Assembly: GCA_963755715.1 (NCBI GenBank)
Contig: CAVWLW010000027.1
Location: forward strand, 264,752 to 328,751
Direction of reading: 5' to 3'
DNA length: 64,000 nucleotides
Source of the DNA: an uncultured delta proteobacterium
GTDB taxonomy: Bacteria > Desulfobacterota > Binatia > UBA9968
The notes below the pieces were generated by a model. The model had not been told where the DNA came from. It worked only from the letters and a program-made list of their open reading frames with translations, and searched no databases. Shown here piece by piece: positions 10,187 to 20,726 of this stretch. Each line of letters opens with the position of its first letter. Positions within the stretch are counted from its first letter, which is position 1. Both the position numbers and the translations under genes were made by a program.

Positions 10187-10661
10187 GATTATTTTCCCGC
10201 AAAGGCGCTAAGGCGCAAAGGTCGGGAGTTACAAACATCAAGGTCGATCTTCGAGTCCATTCACCACGCGCGTGATGCCGCGCTTCATTAGCGCTTCACC
10301 AAAGTTAGTAAGAAACCAAGCTTGCATCCGGTTAACCGTAGATAGGTCTGCACTTGTTTTTTATGAGCCTCACTTACTTGTTCGACGGATTTTAACTCCA
10401 CTATCACCTTCTCCGCCACAAGAAGATCAGCGCGGAATGCTTCGTCGAAGGTCATATCTTGATAGCGGATCGGGATTGGCATCTGCCGATTCACGCCAAG
10501 ACCGCGTTGTTGTAATTCATAGGCCAAGACAATTTCGTAAACCGATTCAAGTAATCCAGGCCCCAGCTGTCGATGCACCGCAATTGCGCATTGACGATTA
10601 TTGTCCCAATTTCATTCTCCGTCATAACTTAGCGTCTTTGCGCCTTTGCGGGAGAATATTC
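10187..10661. mobile_element. Inverted-repeat-flanked GxxExxY cassette (putative mobile element)
   Basis: 34-bp arms at 10187-10220 and 10628-10661 (29/34 match, 8-bp CGCAAAGG units) enclose only the GxxExxY gene. Confidence 0.7.
10238..10625 (-). CDS. GxxExxY protein (PD-(D/E)XK nuclease-like), two 1-nt indels
   Basis: MTENEIGTIIV..HRQLGPGLLESVYE..FRADLLVAEKVIVELKS..QVQTYLRLTGCKLGFLL(N)FG..ITRVVNGL. Confidence 0.92.
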
Positions 10662-12176
10662 TTATCTGACCGGCAGCGTGAATATGAACCTGCTGCCCCT
10701 GCCCAGCTCGCTTTCCACCCAAATTTTACCGCCGTGCAATTCGACGAACTTCCGAGTGAGCGTCAATCCTAGTCCCGTGCCTTCGCGCTTCTGCGCGTAG
10801 TCGGTGCCCACCTGGCGAAATTCTTCGAAGATGGTTTCTTGGTCTTGTGGGGCAATGCCAATGCCGGTGTCGCTAACCGAGATCTCGACCACTCCGTCAC
10901 TAGACACGGCATCGACGTCCACTCGTCCGCCTTCCGGCGTGAACTTCACCGCATTGGAAAGTAGATTGAGCAGGATCTGCTTGATCTTTCTTTCGTCGCC
11001 GGTCAACTCGCCGAGACGCTCGTCGACGCTGTGATGGAGCCTGATGCCGTGACGGCTGGCGCGCTCGCGTATGAGAGTCAGCGCGTTGTCGATGGCCATA
11101 GGCAAGTCGAACTTGGTCAACTCCAGCTCCATGCGCCCAGCCTCGACCTTGGACAGATCGAGAATATCGTTGATCAGCGAAAGCAGATGGCGACCCGAGG
11201 AAAGGATGTCATCGGTGTACTCGGCTTGTTTTTCATTGAGCTCGCCGAACATTCTCTCGCCCAAGACTTCAGAGAAACCGATGATGGCGTTGAGCGGCGT
11301 GCGCAGCTCATGCGACATGTTCGCGAGAAATTCCGACTTGTGGCGGTTGGCCATCTCGATCTGCCGGCTCTTTTCCTCGATCTCGCGAAACAGCCGCGCG
11401 TTCTGAATCGCCAGGGCGGATTGAGTCGCAAAGGTCTGAAGCAAGTTGACGACTTCCGCAGAAAAACTGCCCGCCTCCTTGCGCCACACTGTCAACGCGC
11501 CCATGATCCGCTCCTCGCGGAGCAGTGGAACAGCCAGAACAGATCGATAGCCGAGGCGCGCAAGCATGGGCCGCACGCGGGTACCGGTATATTCGCGCTC
11601 CTCTAAAATGTCCGGCACTTGAACGGGCGCGCGGACGGTTGCCGTTTGCCCCGTCGCGCCTTGCCCCGGGCGGACCGGGGTCGTTTGCAGCCCCTCGACC
11701 ACTTCCTTCTCTATCTGATAAGTGGCCCTGAGATGAAACTCCTGCGCAGCTTCGTCGTACTCGTAGATCACGCCGCCGCTGGTTCCGGAGAGCTGGACCG
11801 CGTGGCCAACAATGGCGCTGAGCACCGTCTGAAGATCGAGAGTAGAACTGACCGCTTGGCCGACTTCTCCGAGCGCTTTTAGTTCTCCCACTGATCGCGC
11901 CAGCTCGCGCGTCCGCGCTTCCAGTTCCTGGAACAGGCGCACGTTCTCGATGGCGATGACCGCCTGGTCGGCGAAGGTTTCCAGAAGCTTCACATGCTTC
12001 TCTGAGAACGGGCGCACCTCCGTACGGCGAATATTGATCGTGCCGATGGGAATGCCTTCGCGAAGCAGCGGTGTGACGAGCATAGTGCGAGTGCCAGTAA
12101 CTTTCTGACGTTCTTTCGACTCCGGATACTCAGTTTCAATTTCTGCCGCCAGGTCATGAACATGAACGGTCGCTCG
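10662..12176 (-). CDS. Multi-GAF sensor histidine kinase (5' end truncated at the junction)
   Basis: GAF repeats ([19 protein letters not shown]), H-box [14 protein letters not shown]-box [10 protein letters not shown], and G-boxes DTGIGI and GTGLGL. The frame stays open to about 12176. Confidence 0.93.
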   Translation of the reverse strand, partial: RATVHVHDLAAEIETEYPESKERQKVTGTRTMLVTPLLREGIPIGTINIRRTEVRPFSEKHVKLLETFADQAVIAIENVRLFQELEARTRELARSVGELKALGEVGQAVSSTLDLQTVLSAIVGHAVQLSGTSGGVIYEYDEAAQEFHLRATYQIEKEVVEGLQTTPVRPGQGATGQTATVRAPVQVPDILEEREYTGTRVRPMLARLGYRSVLAVPLLREERIMGALTVWRKEAGSFSAEVVNLLQTFATQSALAIQNARLFREIEEKSRQIEMANRHKSEFLANMSHELRTPLNAIIGFSEVLGERMFGELNEKQAEYTDDILSSGRHLLSLINDILDLSKVEAGRMELELTKFDLPMAIDNALTLIRERASRHGIRLHHSVDERLGELTGDERKIKQILLNLLSNAVKFTPEGGRVDVDAVSSDGVVEISVSDTGIGIAPQDQETIFEEFRQVGTDYAQKREGTGLGLTLTRKFVELHGGKIWVESELGRGSRFIFTLPVR

Positions 12177-13093
12177 CGGACTGGTGGTACGAGAGCACGC
12201 TCGAGTCGCCCGAGGACATCCGCCGCGTCCGCGAGCAGTACTTCTCGAGCGATGACCAGCTGATCACGCTCGCGATGGGCACCCGCGGGCCGGGCTTCTG
12301 CACGCCCGAGGTGGTGAAGCACGACTGGGAGCTCGCGCGCGACGTCGGCGCGCCAATCAGCGTCCACGTCGGGATGGGTCCGTATGCCGGGCGCTTCGCC
12401 ATGGTCTCGCAGCTGAACGACATGGGGCTGCTCGGGCCGGACACCACGTACATCCACTGCAACTACCTCTCTGACGAGGAGTTTCAGCTGATCGCGGACT
12501 CGGGCGGGAAGGTCTCGATCGCTCCCTCCGTGGAGATGATCATGGGGCACGGGACGCCGCCGACTGGGAAGGCGCTCGCTCACGGGCTGCGGCCGAGCCT
12601 GAGCATCGACGTGGTCACGACCGTTCCGGGCGACATGTTCACGCAGATGCGGTTCCTGTTCGCCTCCGAGCGGCTGCTCGCCACGAGGCCGCGTTCGCGG
12701 CCGGGCAACGAGGAGGAGCCGGCGCTGCTCTCGTCGCGCGAGGTGCTCGAGTTCGCGACCATCGAGGGCGCGCGCGTGTGCGGGCTCGAGGACCGAACGG
12801 GATCGCTCACGCCTGGCAAGAAGGCGGACCTGGTGCTGATCCGCTGCGACCACTCCAACACGTATCCGGTCATCGACCCTGTCTCGACCGTCGTGCACCA
12901 GGCCGACACCCGCAACATCGACACGGTCATAGTCGACGGCGGGATCCTCAAGCGGGACGGCCAGCTCGTGGACGGCGATCTCCGACGGGCGCGCGACCTC
13001 GCCGGGTCGGCTCTCAACTATCTACTCGAGCACACGGACGTCCAACCTGAGTGGGTGCAGAGTGCAACGGGGTCTCCTGCACACTCTCACTAA
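12170..13093 (+). CDS. Amidohydrolase family protein (5' end truncated at the junction)
   Basis: ISVHVG, YIHC, LSIDVV, ATIEGA and [11 protein letters not shown] motifs; frame extends upstream as ..[18 protein letters not shown]. Confidence 0.9.
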   Translation, partial: SLADWWYESTLESPEDIRRVREQYFSSDDQLITLAMGTRGPGFCTPEVVKHDWELARDVGAPISVHVGMGPYAGRFAMVSQLNDMGLLGPDTTYIHCNYLSDEEFQLIADSGGKVSIAPSVEMIMGHGTPPTGKALAHGLRPSLSIDVVTTVPGDMFTQMRFLFASERLLATRPRSRPGNEEEPALLSSREVLEFATIEGARVCGLEDRTGSLTPGKKADLVLIRCDHSNTYPVIDPVSTVVHQADTRNIDTVIVDGGILKRDGQLVDGDLRRARDLAGSALNYLLEHTDVQPEWVQSATGSPAHSH

Positions 13094-13142
13094 ACGGGGT
13101 CTGACCTTTCGGGTCCAAAAGCGCCATTTGTTAACCGTCTAC

Positions 13143-13170
13143 TTGACCATTTGTTTACCAGTCATATACT
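13143..13170 (+). promoter_or_regulatory. Putative sigma70-type promoter of the sugar ABC operon
   Basis: TTGACC-N16-TATACT in an AT-rich spacer upstream of an AAAGGAGG RBS. Confidence 0.45.
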
Positions 13171-13222
13171 CGCGCGGCCCGTCGAGGCGGGTGCGCGAGT
13201 CCCCACAAAGGAGGCCACGGAA

Positions 13223-14245
13223 GTGAAACAGGATCTCTCTCTCGACGAGGCGCCGTACGACCGCCGCGGTCGTCGTGATCGGCGGCCGTCGCCGCGGCTG
13301 TGATCGGCGTTACCGGCGCCGCGTCGCATACCGCGGCGAAGCCGAAGGTCGCGTACCTGTCGTTCGCGGTCGCGAACAGCTACGACGCGCCGATGCTCAG
13401 CCGCGGCCAAGAAGGTCGCCAAGGCGCACGGCGCCGGGAGCATCGCCGTCTTCGACGCGCACAACGACCCGAACAAGCAGCTCCAGCAGCTGCAGACGCT
13501 CGGTGCAGTCGAAGCAGTACAACGGGATCATCCTCCAGCCCATCTTCGGGCCGCAGCTCCTCTCGACTGTGAGGGCGGCGTTTAAGGCCGGCATCAAGGT
13601 CGTGAACATCGACCAGATCCTGGGGAACGAACCCGGGAACGGCGAGGCCTCCGCTCGCCGGCCTGTCGGGGAACGTCGTCTTCGTCCAGACCCAGATCGG
13701 CGCGTAAGCAGGGCGGCCTCGTCGTGAAGGCGTGCAAGAACAAGAACCCCTGCAAGGTCGGCTACATGTACTCGGTCAAGGTTTCCTCGCTCGACACCGC
13801 GATCAGGAAGGGCTTCGACGCGGTCACCAAGGGCCATCACATCCAGGTCGTCGCCGAGGGGCAGACGTTCTACACCCCGTCGGTCGCACTCCAGGCCGCG
13901 CAGACGATGCTCCAGGGTCACCCGGACATCAACCTGATCGTCGGGGCCGACCAGGCCGCGACCGGCGCTGAGCAGGCGCTCAACGGCAAGAAGGTCACCC
14001 TCGTCGGGTACGGCGGCGGAGCCGTCGGCCTCAATCGCGTCAAGGCAGGCAAGTGGTACGGCACCGTCATGCAGCGGCCGGCGACCGAGGGCAAGCGCGG
14101 GATGCAGTGCCTGATCAAGGCGGTCAAGACCGGCAAGGCGAGCAAGGTCTGCAAGAAGGGCATCGACGTGCTCGCCAACCTGCCCAACGGCGGCGTCGTC
14201 GTGAAGGCGAACGCCAAGAAGTTCCACGCCGAGTGGCCCGGTTAG
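13223..14245 (+). CDS. Sugar ABC transporter substrate-binding protein (RbsB-like), frameshifted
   Basis: AAAGGAGG + GTG; fragments [43 protein letters not shown] and GTVMQRP. Confidence 0.8.
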
Positions 14246-14256
14246 CATCCGGCCTC

Positions 14257-15782
14257 ATGGCCGTAGGCGAGCCTGAAGCTCCCTACCTCGAGCTCCTGGA
14301 CGTCTCCAAGCACTTCGGAGGCGTCCAGGCGCTCGACTCCGTCTCGCTCGGGGTCCGCCGCGGTTCGATCCACGCGCTCGTCGGCGAGAACGGGGCGGGC
14401 AAGTCCACGCTCGGCAAGATCGTCGCCGGCGCGCTGAGCGCCGGACGGCGGCCGATGTTCTGCTCGAAGGGGAGCCGGTCGCGTTCGGGTCGCCGCGCGA
14501 GGCGCTCGAGCGCCAGGTGGCGGCAATCGCCCAGGAGCCGAACGTCGTCCCCCAGCTGACCGTCGCCGAGAACGTCCTGCTCGGCGCCGAGCCCCGCCGG
14601 GCCGGCTTCGTCCGGACGCGGGCGCTCAAGCGGCGCTATGCCCAGCTCGTCGAGGGGCAGGCTTCGACCTGCGCGGAGACGTGGCGGCCGAGGAGCTGGG
14701 GACCGCGGAGCAGCAGAAGGTCGAGATCCTCCGTGCGCTCTCGCGTGACGCTCAGCTGATCGTCATGGACGAGCCGACCGCGTCGCTCGACGCGCGCGAG
14801 ACGGGCCATCTCCACGACGATCGTGCGCGCGCTCGCGGCTTCGGGCACGACGATCATCCTCATCTCGCACTTCCTCAAGGAGGTGCTCCAGCTCGCTGAC
14901 ACTGTCACGGTTCTTCGGGACGGCCGGCTGGTGAAGACGGCGCAGGCGGCGTCCGAGACCGAGGCCTCGCTGATCGAGGCGATGCTCGGGCGGCCGCTGA
15001 CGGCGACGTTTCCGCCGAAGGCGCCGCCGCCGGCGGACGCTCCGGTCGCGCTCTCCGTGCGCGATCTGTACGGGCCCGGCGTCGAGGGAGTGAGCTTCGA
15101 GCTGCGCGCGGGCGAGATACTCGGGCTGGCCGGCCTCGTGGGCGCCGGGCGCACCGAGCTCGCGCGGACGATCTTCGGCGCGGCGCCGTCGGAAAAGGGG
15201 GAGGCCGTCCTGGCGACCGGCGAGCAGCTCGCCCGAAATCCGAGCCGGAGCCTCGACGCGGGCGTGGCGATGATCCCCGAGTCGCGGAAGGACGAGGGCC
15301 TCATCTTCGGCCGCTCGTCGATCGAGAACACGACGCTCCCGCGGCTCGACTCGCTCAGCTTCCTCGGCGTCGTCCGCCGAAGGGCGGAGCGGAAGGCGGC
15401 GCGCAGCGTGCTCGAGCGGTCGCGGCGTGCACGGCGCGAGCTACGGAGCTCCGGTCGAGACGCTGTCCGGCGGCAACCAGCAGAAGGTGCTCCTCGCGCG
15501 GATGCTCCTCTGCGAACCGCGCGTCGTCATCGCCGACGAGCCGACGCGCGGCGTCGACATCGGCGCGAAGCGCGCGATCTACGACTTTCTCGTCGAGCTC
15601 GCCGCGGCGGGCATGGGGATCCTCCTCATCTCCTCCGAGGTCGAGGAGATCATCGGCCTCGCCCACCGCGTGCTCGTCATGCGCCGGGGCCGCATGGTGG
15701 CCGAGCTCGAAGGCGACGGATCACCGAGAACCGCATCCTCGCCGCGGCGTTCGCCGACCAGTCTGCGGAAGCCGCTGCATGA
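14257..15782 (+). CDS. Sugar ABC transporter ATP-binding protein (RbsA-like, two NBDs), frameshifted
   Basis: [35 protein letters not shown] and DEPTRGVD motifs across frames. Confidence 0.9.
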
Positions 15783-16870
15783 CGTCCGACGCCTCGCCGA
15801 TGCGGCGTTGGATGACGCGCGAGCAGATGCGCTCGACGGGCGTGCGCTTCCTCCGCCGCGGCGGGATCATCATTCCGTTCCTCGCGCTCTTCCTCACGCT
15901 CTCGCTGGTCAGCGAGCCGTTCGCGACGAAGGGCAACCTCCTCCAGATCCTCGACCAGCAGTCGGCGACCCTGATCATCGCCGCGGCCGGGACGCTCGTG
16001 CTCGTCGCCGGCGGGATAGACCTCTCGGTCGGCGCGGTCTACGGGTTCGCCGCGGTCACCGCCGGGAACTTCGCGCCCCACCACAGCGCCGGCTTCGCGA
16101 TCGTGGCGGGGATCGGCGCCGGCCTGCTCGTCGGGCTGCTCAACGGAATCGTCGTCACCGTCCTCCGGATCAACTCGCTGATCGCGACGCTGGCGATGGC
16201 CTTCATCATCAACGGCTGCTCGTCGATCGTCGCGGGTGGGAACCTGCTCGTGTTCTTCGACAAGACCGCGTTCCAGGACTTCGCGCAGACCGAGTTCCTC
16301 GGCGTCAGGACCTCGATCTGGACGATGCTCGCCGCCGTGGTCGCCCTCGGGCTGCTGCTTGCGACGACGAAGTGGGGGAGATACATGTACGCGGCCGGAG
16401 GGAACCCTGAGGCGGCCCGCCTGGCCGGCGTACGCGTCGACCGGATCCGCATCCTCACGTTCGCGATCAGCGGTATGGCCGCGGGCCTCGCCGGCGTGAT
16501 CGACACCGCGAAGGTGCTGACGGCGCAGGCCACCACCAACGACACGCTGACCTTCACTGTCCTGGCCGCGATCGTCGTCGGGGGGACGAGCATCCTCGGG
16601 GGCGAGGGTGCGGTGTGGCGGTCTGTCGTCGGCGTGCTCTTCATCGCGCTGATCGGCAACGGCTACGTGCTGCTGGCGCTCGACCCGCTGTACCAGCAGA
16701 TCACCCTCGGCGTGCTGCTGCTCGCAGCGGTCGCCCTGGACGCGTTCGCGCGGGGCCTGCTGCGGCCGGGAGCGGCGATCAAGCAGCTTTTGGCGACGCC
16801 GTTCACGCGCACCGTAGATCGACTAGCGTTCACCCTGACTGAACGAGACGAGAGGAGCTTCCGATGCTGA
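15779..16870 (+). CDS. Sugar ABC transporter permease (RbsC-like)
   Basis: [21 protein letters not shown] and [15 protein letters not shown] motifs. Confidence 0.93.
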   Translation: MTSDASPMRRWMTREQMRSTGVRFLRRGGIIIPFLALFLTLSLVSEPFATKGNLLQILDQQSATLIIAAAGTLVLVAGGIDLSVGAVYGFAAVTAGNFAPHHSAGFAIVAGIGAGLLVGLLNGIVVTVLRINSLIATLAMAFIINGCSSIVAGGNLLVFFDKTAFQDFAQTEFLGVRTSIWTMLAAVVALGLLLATTKWGRYMYAAGGNPEAARLAGVRVDRIRILTFAISGMAAGLAGVIDTAKVLTAQATTNDTLTFTVLAAIVVGGTSILGGEGAVWRSVVGVLFIALIGNGYVLLALDPLYQQITLGVLLLAAVALDAFARGLLRPGAAIKQLLATPFTRTVDRLAFTLTERDERSFRC

Positions 16871-18072
16871 CGGCAACGAAGGACAGGATTCTTCCGACCA
16901 CCGTGACCGGCTCGTGGCCGCGTCCCACCTGGTACACGGCCGAGCTGCGCGGCAGGCCGTTCTCGGACGCGATGACCGATCTCCAGTTCCGCGAGCAGTT
17001 CACCGACGCTGTCGCGGCGGTCGTCAACGACCAGGAGCGCGCCGGGCTCGACATCGTCACGAACGGCGACTACCACCTGGACGCCGATCACGCCGGCCGC
17101 TCGTGGTTCATCTACCCGACCGAGCGCCTCGACGGGCATGTCGGAGCACTCGCTCTCGTACACGAACCCGATGTGGTCGTACCCGGTCGGCACGTGGCTG
17201 AACGAGATCGTCGGCGGCTGGAAGTTCCCGCTCGTGGTCGGCAAGGTCGGCCCGAGGATCCCGCTCGAGTTCGCCAAGATCTGGCGCGTCGCCCAGGCGC
17301 GCGCCGAACGCCGGTCAAGTTCGGGACGATCTCCGCCGACCTCGCTTCCGCCGTCCTCGAAGTCGGCACCGACGTCTACGACGACGACAAGAAGCAGCTG
17401 ATGTGGGACATCGCGGAGATCATCAACGCCGATCTGCGCGAGCTCGCGGCCGCCGGCTGCAAGGTGATCCAGGTCGAGGAGCCGGCGATCCACAGCTCCG
17501 CCGCGTACGGCGCCGACTCGGACACGCTCGACTTCCTCGTCGACCTCTTCAACCGCCACGTCGAGGGCCTCGACGACGTCGAGGTCTGGGTGCACACGTG
17601 CTGGGGCAACCCCGGCGCGCAGCACTGCTTCGACCCGAACATCTCGTACGAGAACTCGATCGACATCTACCTCAACCGGCTGAACGCGGACGTGTGGACG
17701 ATCGAGTCGAAGGACGCCGGCCACAAGCCGCTCGAGCTGTTCGAGCCGTACAAGGGCCAGCTGGCGAAGAAGGTCGCGGTCGGCTTCATCAGCCACCGGA
17801 CGCTCTCGATCGAGTCGCCCGAGGAGATCGCCGGCGACGTCCGCCGCGCGCTCGAGTACATCGACGCGGAGCACCTCGTCCTCTCGTCCGACTGCGGGTT
17901 CGGCCGCCAGGGCGTCCCGCGCCCGGTCGCCTACTACAAGGCGGCCGCGCTGGCGCTCAGGGGCGAACATCGTCCGCGGCGAGCTCGGGGCCGAGGAGAG
18001 CGAGGTCATCGCGGCCGATCCGTCGGCCTGCAGGTCGACATCCCGGAAGGCGCGCCCGCGCTCGTCAGCTGA
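16864..18072 (+). CDS. Cobalamin-independent methionine synthase II family protein (single-barrel MetE-like), frameshifted
   Basis: PTTVTGSWPRP, QERAGLDIVTNGD, IQVEEP; Zn ligands HTCWGN and SSDCGFG. Confidence 0.88.
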   Translation: MLTATKDRILPTTVTGSWPRPTWYTAELRGRPFSDAMTDLQFREQFTDAVAAVVNDQERAGLDIVTNGDYHLDADHAGRSWFIYPTERLDGHVGALALVHEPDVVVPGRHVAERDRRRLEVPARGRQGRPEDPARVRQDLARRPGARRTPVKFGTISADLASAVLEVGTDVYDDDKKQLMWDIAEIINADLRELAAAGCKVIQVEEPAIHSSAAYGADSDTLDFLVDLFNRHVEGLDDVEVWVHTCWGNPGAQHCFDPNISYENSIDIYLNRLNADVWTIESKDAGHKPLELFEPYKGQLAKKVAVGFISHRTLSIESPEEIAGDVRRALEYIDAEHLVLSSDCGFGRQGVPRPVAYYKAAALALRGEHRPRRARGRGERGHRGRSVGLQVDIPEGAPALVS

Positions 18073-18097
18073 GCTCCGCCTGTAACGAAATCTTTAC

Positions 18098-18119
18098 GCC
18101 GCCCGGGAAACCGGGCGGC
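18098..18119. terminator. GC-rich hairpin after the MetE-like gene
   Basis: GCCGCCCGG-GAAA-CCGGGCGGC, a 9-bp stem with a GNRA loop and no U tract. Confidence 0.45.
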
Positions 18120-18166
18120 TGCATGTCTCCGTATCGCGGAGACAACCGACGAAAGGGGAACGAGTC

Positions 18167-18538
18167 GTGCGACGTAGCTTGCTTGCATTCGGTGTTGCCG
18201 CGATCGTCCTTGCGCTCGCCGGCACCGGCACATCGGCGACCGCGAAGGACCGCTTCCAGCTGAAGGGCGAGGTCTACGGAAACTCGCTCTTCAAGATCGA
18301 GATGAAGAACGCCGCCGGCCGTCCGCTGAAGACGGTCAAGCGCGGCACGTATCGGATCAAGATCGAGGACAAGGCCACGATCCACAACTTCCGCCTGAAG
18401 GGGCCGGGCGTCAACAAGGCGACGTCCGTCGGCGCGCGTGCCGAGACGATCTGGACGGTTCGCCTCCGCCCCGGGAAGTACACGTTCAAGTGCGACCCGC
18501 ACGCATCCACGATGCGCGGGTCGTTCCGCGTGACCTAA
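18167..18538 (+). CDS. Secreted cupredoxin/plastocyanin-like protein
   Basis: Signal peptide; HNF and PGKYTFKCDPHASTMRG give the His/Cys/His/Met type-1 copper ligand pattern. Confidence 0.8.
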   Translation: MRRSLLAFGVAAIVLALAGTGTSATAKDRFQLKGEVYGNSLFKIEMKNAAGRPLKTVKRGTYRIKIEDKATIHNFRLKGPGVNKATSVGARAETIWTVRLRPGKYTFKCDPHASTMRGSFRVT

Positions 18539-18545
18539 CCAGCCC

Positions 18546-19138
18546 TTAGGGGCGCCTGCCGGGCGGCGTCAGCTGTGCGAGCCGCCGCCCGGCGGCGGAG
18601 TCGGCGATCAACTGCTCGAGGCGGCGCGCACGCGTCTCCTCGCGTTTCGCGCTGACGACCCAGAAGATCGCCGTCTTCCGGTAGGACGGCGGCTGTTTCT
18701 GGAAGAACTCCCACGCCGCCGGGTCTGTCGCGAAATCGCTCCTCCTGCTCGGGCTCGAGTCGCGCCGAGTGTCGCTGCTCGAATGAATAGATTCCGGTGC
18801 GCTCCGGCGAGCGCGCCTCGTACGCGGCGAGGCCGGCCGGCCTCATCCGACCCTCGGCGATCAACTCCTCGACGTGCCGGACGTTCCGGTCGCTCCAGAT
18901 GCTGCGCGGCCGGCGCGGCGTGAAGCGGATGGTGTAGCTCTCCTCGCCGAGGCTGCGGCGGATGCCGTCGATCCAGCCGAAGCAGAGCGCCTCGTCGTAC
19001 GGACTCCGTCCACGTCATAGTCGGACGCCCGGTGCTCTTCTTGTGGAAGCCGACGACGAGCTCGTCCGCGGTCGCGTGGTGCTCCTCGAGCCACGCGCGG
19101 AACTCCGCGGGCGTGGCGAAGAAACGAGCCTGGCTCAT
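18546..19138 (-). CDS. YdeI/OmpD-associated family protein, frameshifted
   Basis: FFATPAEFRAWLEEHH, EALCFGWIDG, FTPRRPRSIWS and SAKREETR motifs. Confidence 0.88.
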
Positions 19139-20089
19139 TAGCCGAACGTGAAGCAATAAGCCTCGGCGCCGGGGGCGAGGAACTCGATCTCGAACGTGCG
19201 GTCCTCGATCGATCCCGGCTCGCGGATCAGCTGGTGGAGCCGCTGCTCGCAGCGTCCCGTTCCCCGCCTCGTCCACGTCGAAGCCGCGCGCGTCTCCGGG
19301 CGGCTCGCCGTCGAGGCGCACATGGAAGGGGACGGACGCGCCCCGCTCACGCGGGCCCATGACGAGGTTGACGTCGCGCGCATGGAAGCGGTAGGCGACG
19401 CGTCCGCCTGCGGTCGTTCGACACGCTCAGCCCGCTCTCGATCGTCCAGTCCCCGGCGAGGGCCCACTGATTGCGCTCGAGGCGGTCGGGCGTGGCGTAC
19501 GTTCGCGCCTCGTCGCGCTCCGCGCCGTCCGTGGAAGCGAAGTTCCGGCCCTGCTGGTAGCCGAGGTACGTCTCCGGGGACTCCAGGTTCTCCCAGTCGG
19601 CCTGGACCTCGAAGCCGGTCGGAGAGACGGAGACGAGGTCGTCCCCGACGTCGCGCCCGCTCTCGCGCAGCAGCTTCTGGATGACGCGCTCGCACTCGTC
19701 GTAGCGGCCTTCGCCGAACTGCTGGTGCTGGATCTCGCCCTGCGCGTCCGCGACGTAGACCGCGGGCCAGTAGTGGTTGGAGAACGCCTCCCAGACCGCG
19801 TAGTCGCTGTCGATCGCGACCGGATACGTCACGTTCATCTCCTGCACGGCCGCGCGGATGTTGTCCACGTCGCGCTCGAACGGAAACTCGGGCGTGTGGA
19901 CGCCGACGACAACGAGCCCCTGGTCCTTGTACGTGTCGGCCCACGCGCGCACCCAGGCGAGCGTCCGCAGCCAGTTGATGCAGGTGTACGTCCAGAAGTC
20001 GGTGAGGACGACCTTCCCCTCCAGGTCGGCAGCTGTGAGCGGCGGCGAGTTAGCCAGCCGGTCGCCCCGTCGTAGCCCGGCAGCTTCAT
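19138..20089 (-). CDS. Redoxin with DipZ C-terminal domain, frameshifted
   Basis: DFWTYTCINW, GVHTPEF, NHYWPA, SPETYLGY and AYCFTFG* motifs. Confidence 0.88.
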
Positions 20090-20093
20090 CGTC

Positions 20094-20726
20094 TCAATTG
20101 CTTCTGCCGAAGAGGGAGAGGAAGAGGAGGAACACTTAAGGAGTCCAGGAAGATCGAAGCGGCGAGTAGGGGGCGGCTCTGATGTCCTTCGCGCGGCGCA
20201 GGCGCTGAAGTCGTAGGCCGTCAGGCCGGCGAAGATCACCAGCCCGTCGATCGCGTGGACCAACGAAGATCGCGACGATCCCGAAGATGATCAGCCCGAT
20301 CAGCGCCCAGAAGAGCGCGCGAGCGAGCGGCGCGAGATCGCGGCGAGTCGCGTATCCGGCCGCCCCGAAGCCGGCGATGAAGAGCGCCGTCGCCCCGCCG
20401 GCCTGCCAGACGACCTTCGGGTTGGTGCTCGCGTAGTACGCGATCGTCGGCGCCGTGGCGAAGCCGATGAGCGCGCCGAACGCGAACAACAGTCCGATCG
20501 CCAGCCCCTCGGACCGCTGCGCCGCGAAGTTGAGTGCGATCAGGCACGCCAGCGCCGGCAGGAACAAGGCCCAGCCCCAGCCGTACGAGAGGTCGCGGCC
20601 GAGATATGCGCCGAGCGCGAAGAGCCCGGCCGTGGCGGCGACCAGCCCGAACGTCTGCCCGACGAGGGTCCCGGTCTCGTCCCGCGTAAGCGCGGGCTGA
20701 ACGGTTGCGGTGCTCGACTCCGTCAT
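20094..20726 (-). CDS. Bax inhibitor-1/YccA family membrane protein (3' part disrupted)
   Basis: Seven-TM pattern, GYATRRDL; IFAGLTAYDF and ASIFLD in shifted frames. Confidence 0.8.

Noticed and set aside
20094-20270. Novel C-terminus of the BI-1/YccA protein
   Set aside because: The normal C-terminal motifs are present in shifted frames after a short deletion, so this is damage or error and not a new domain.
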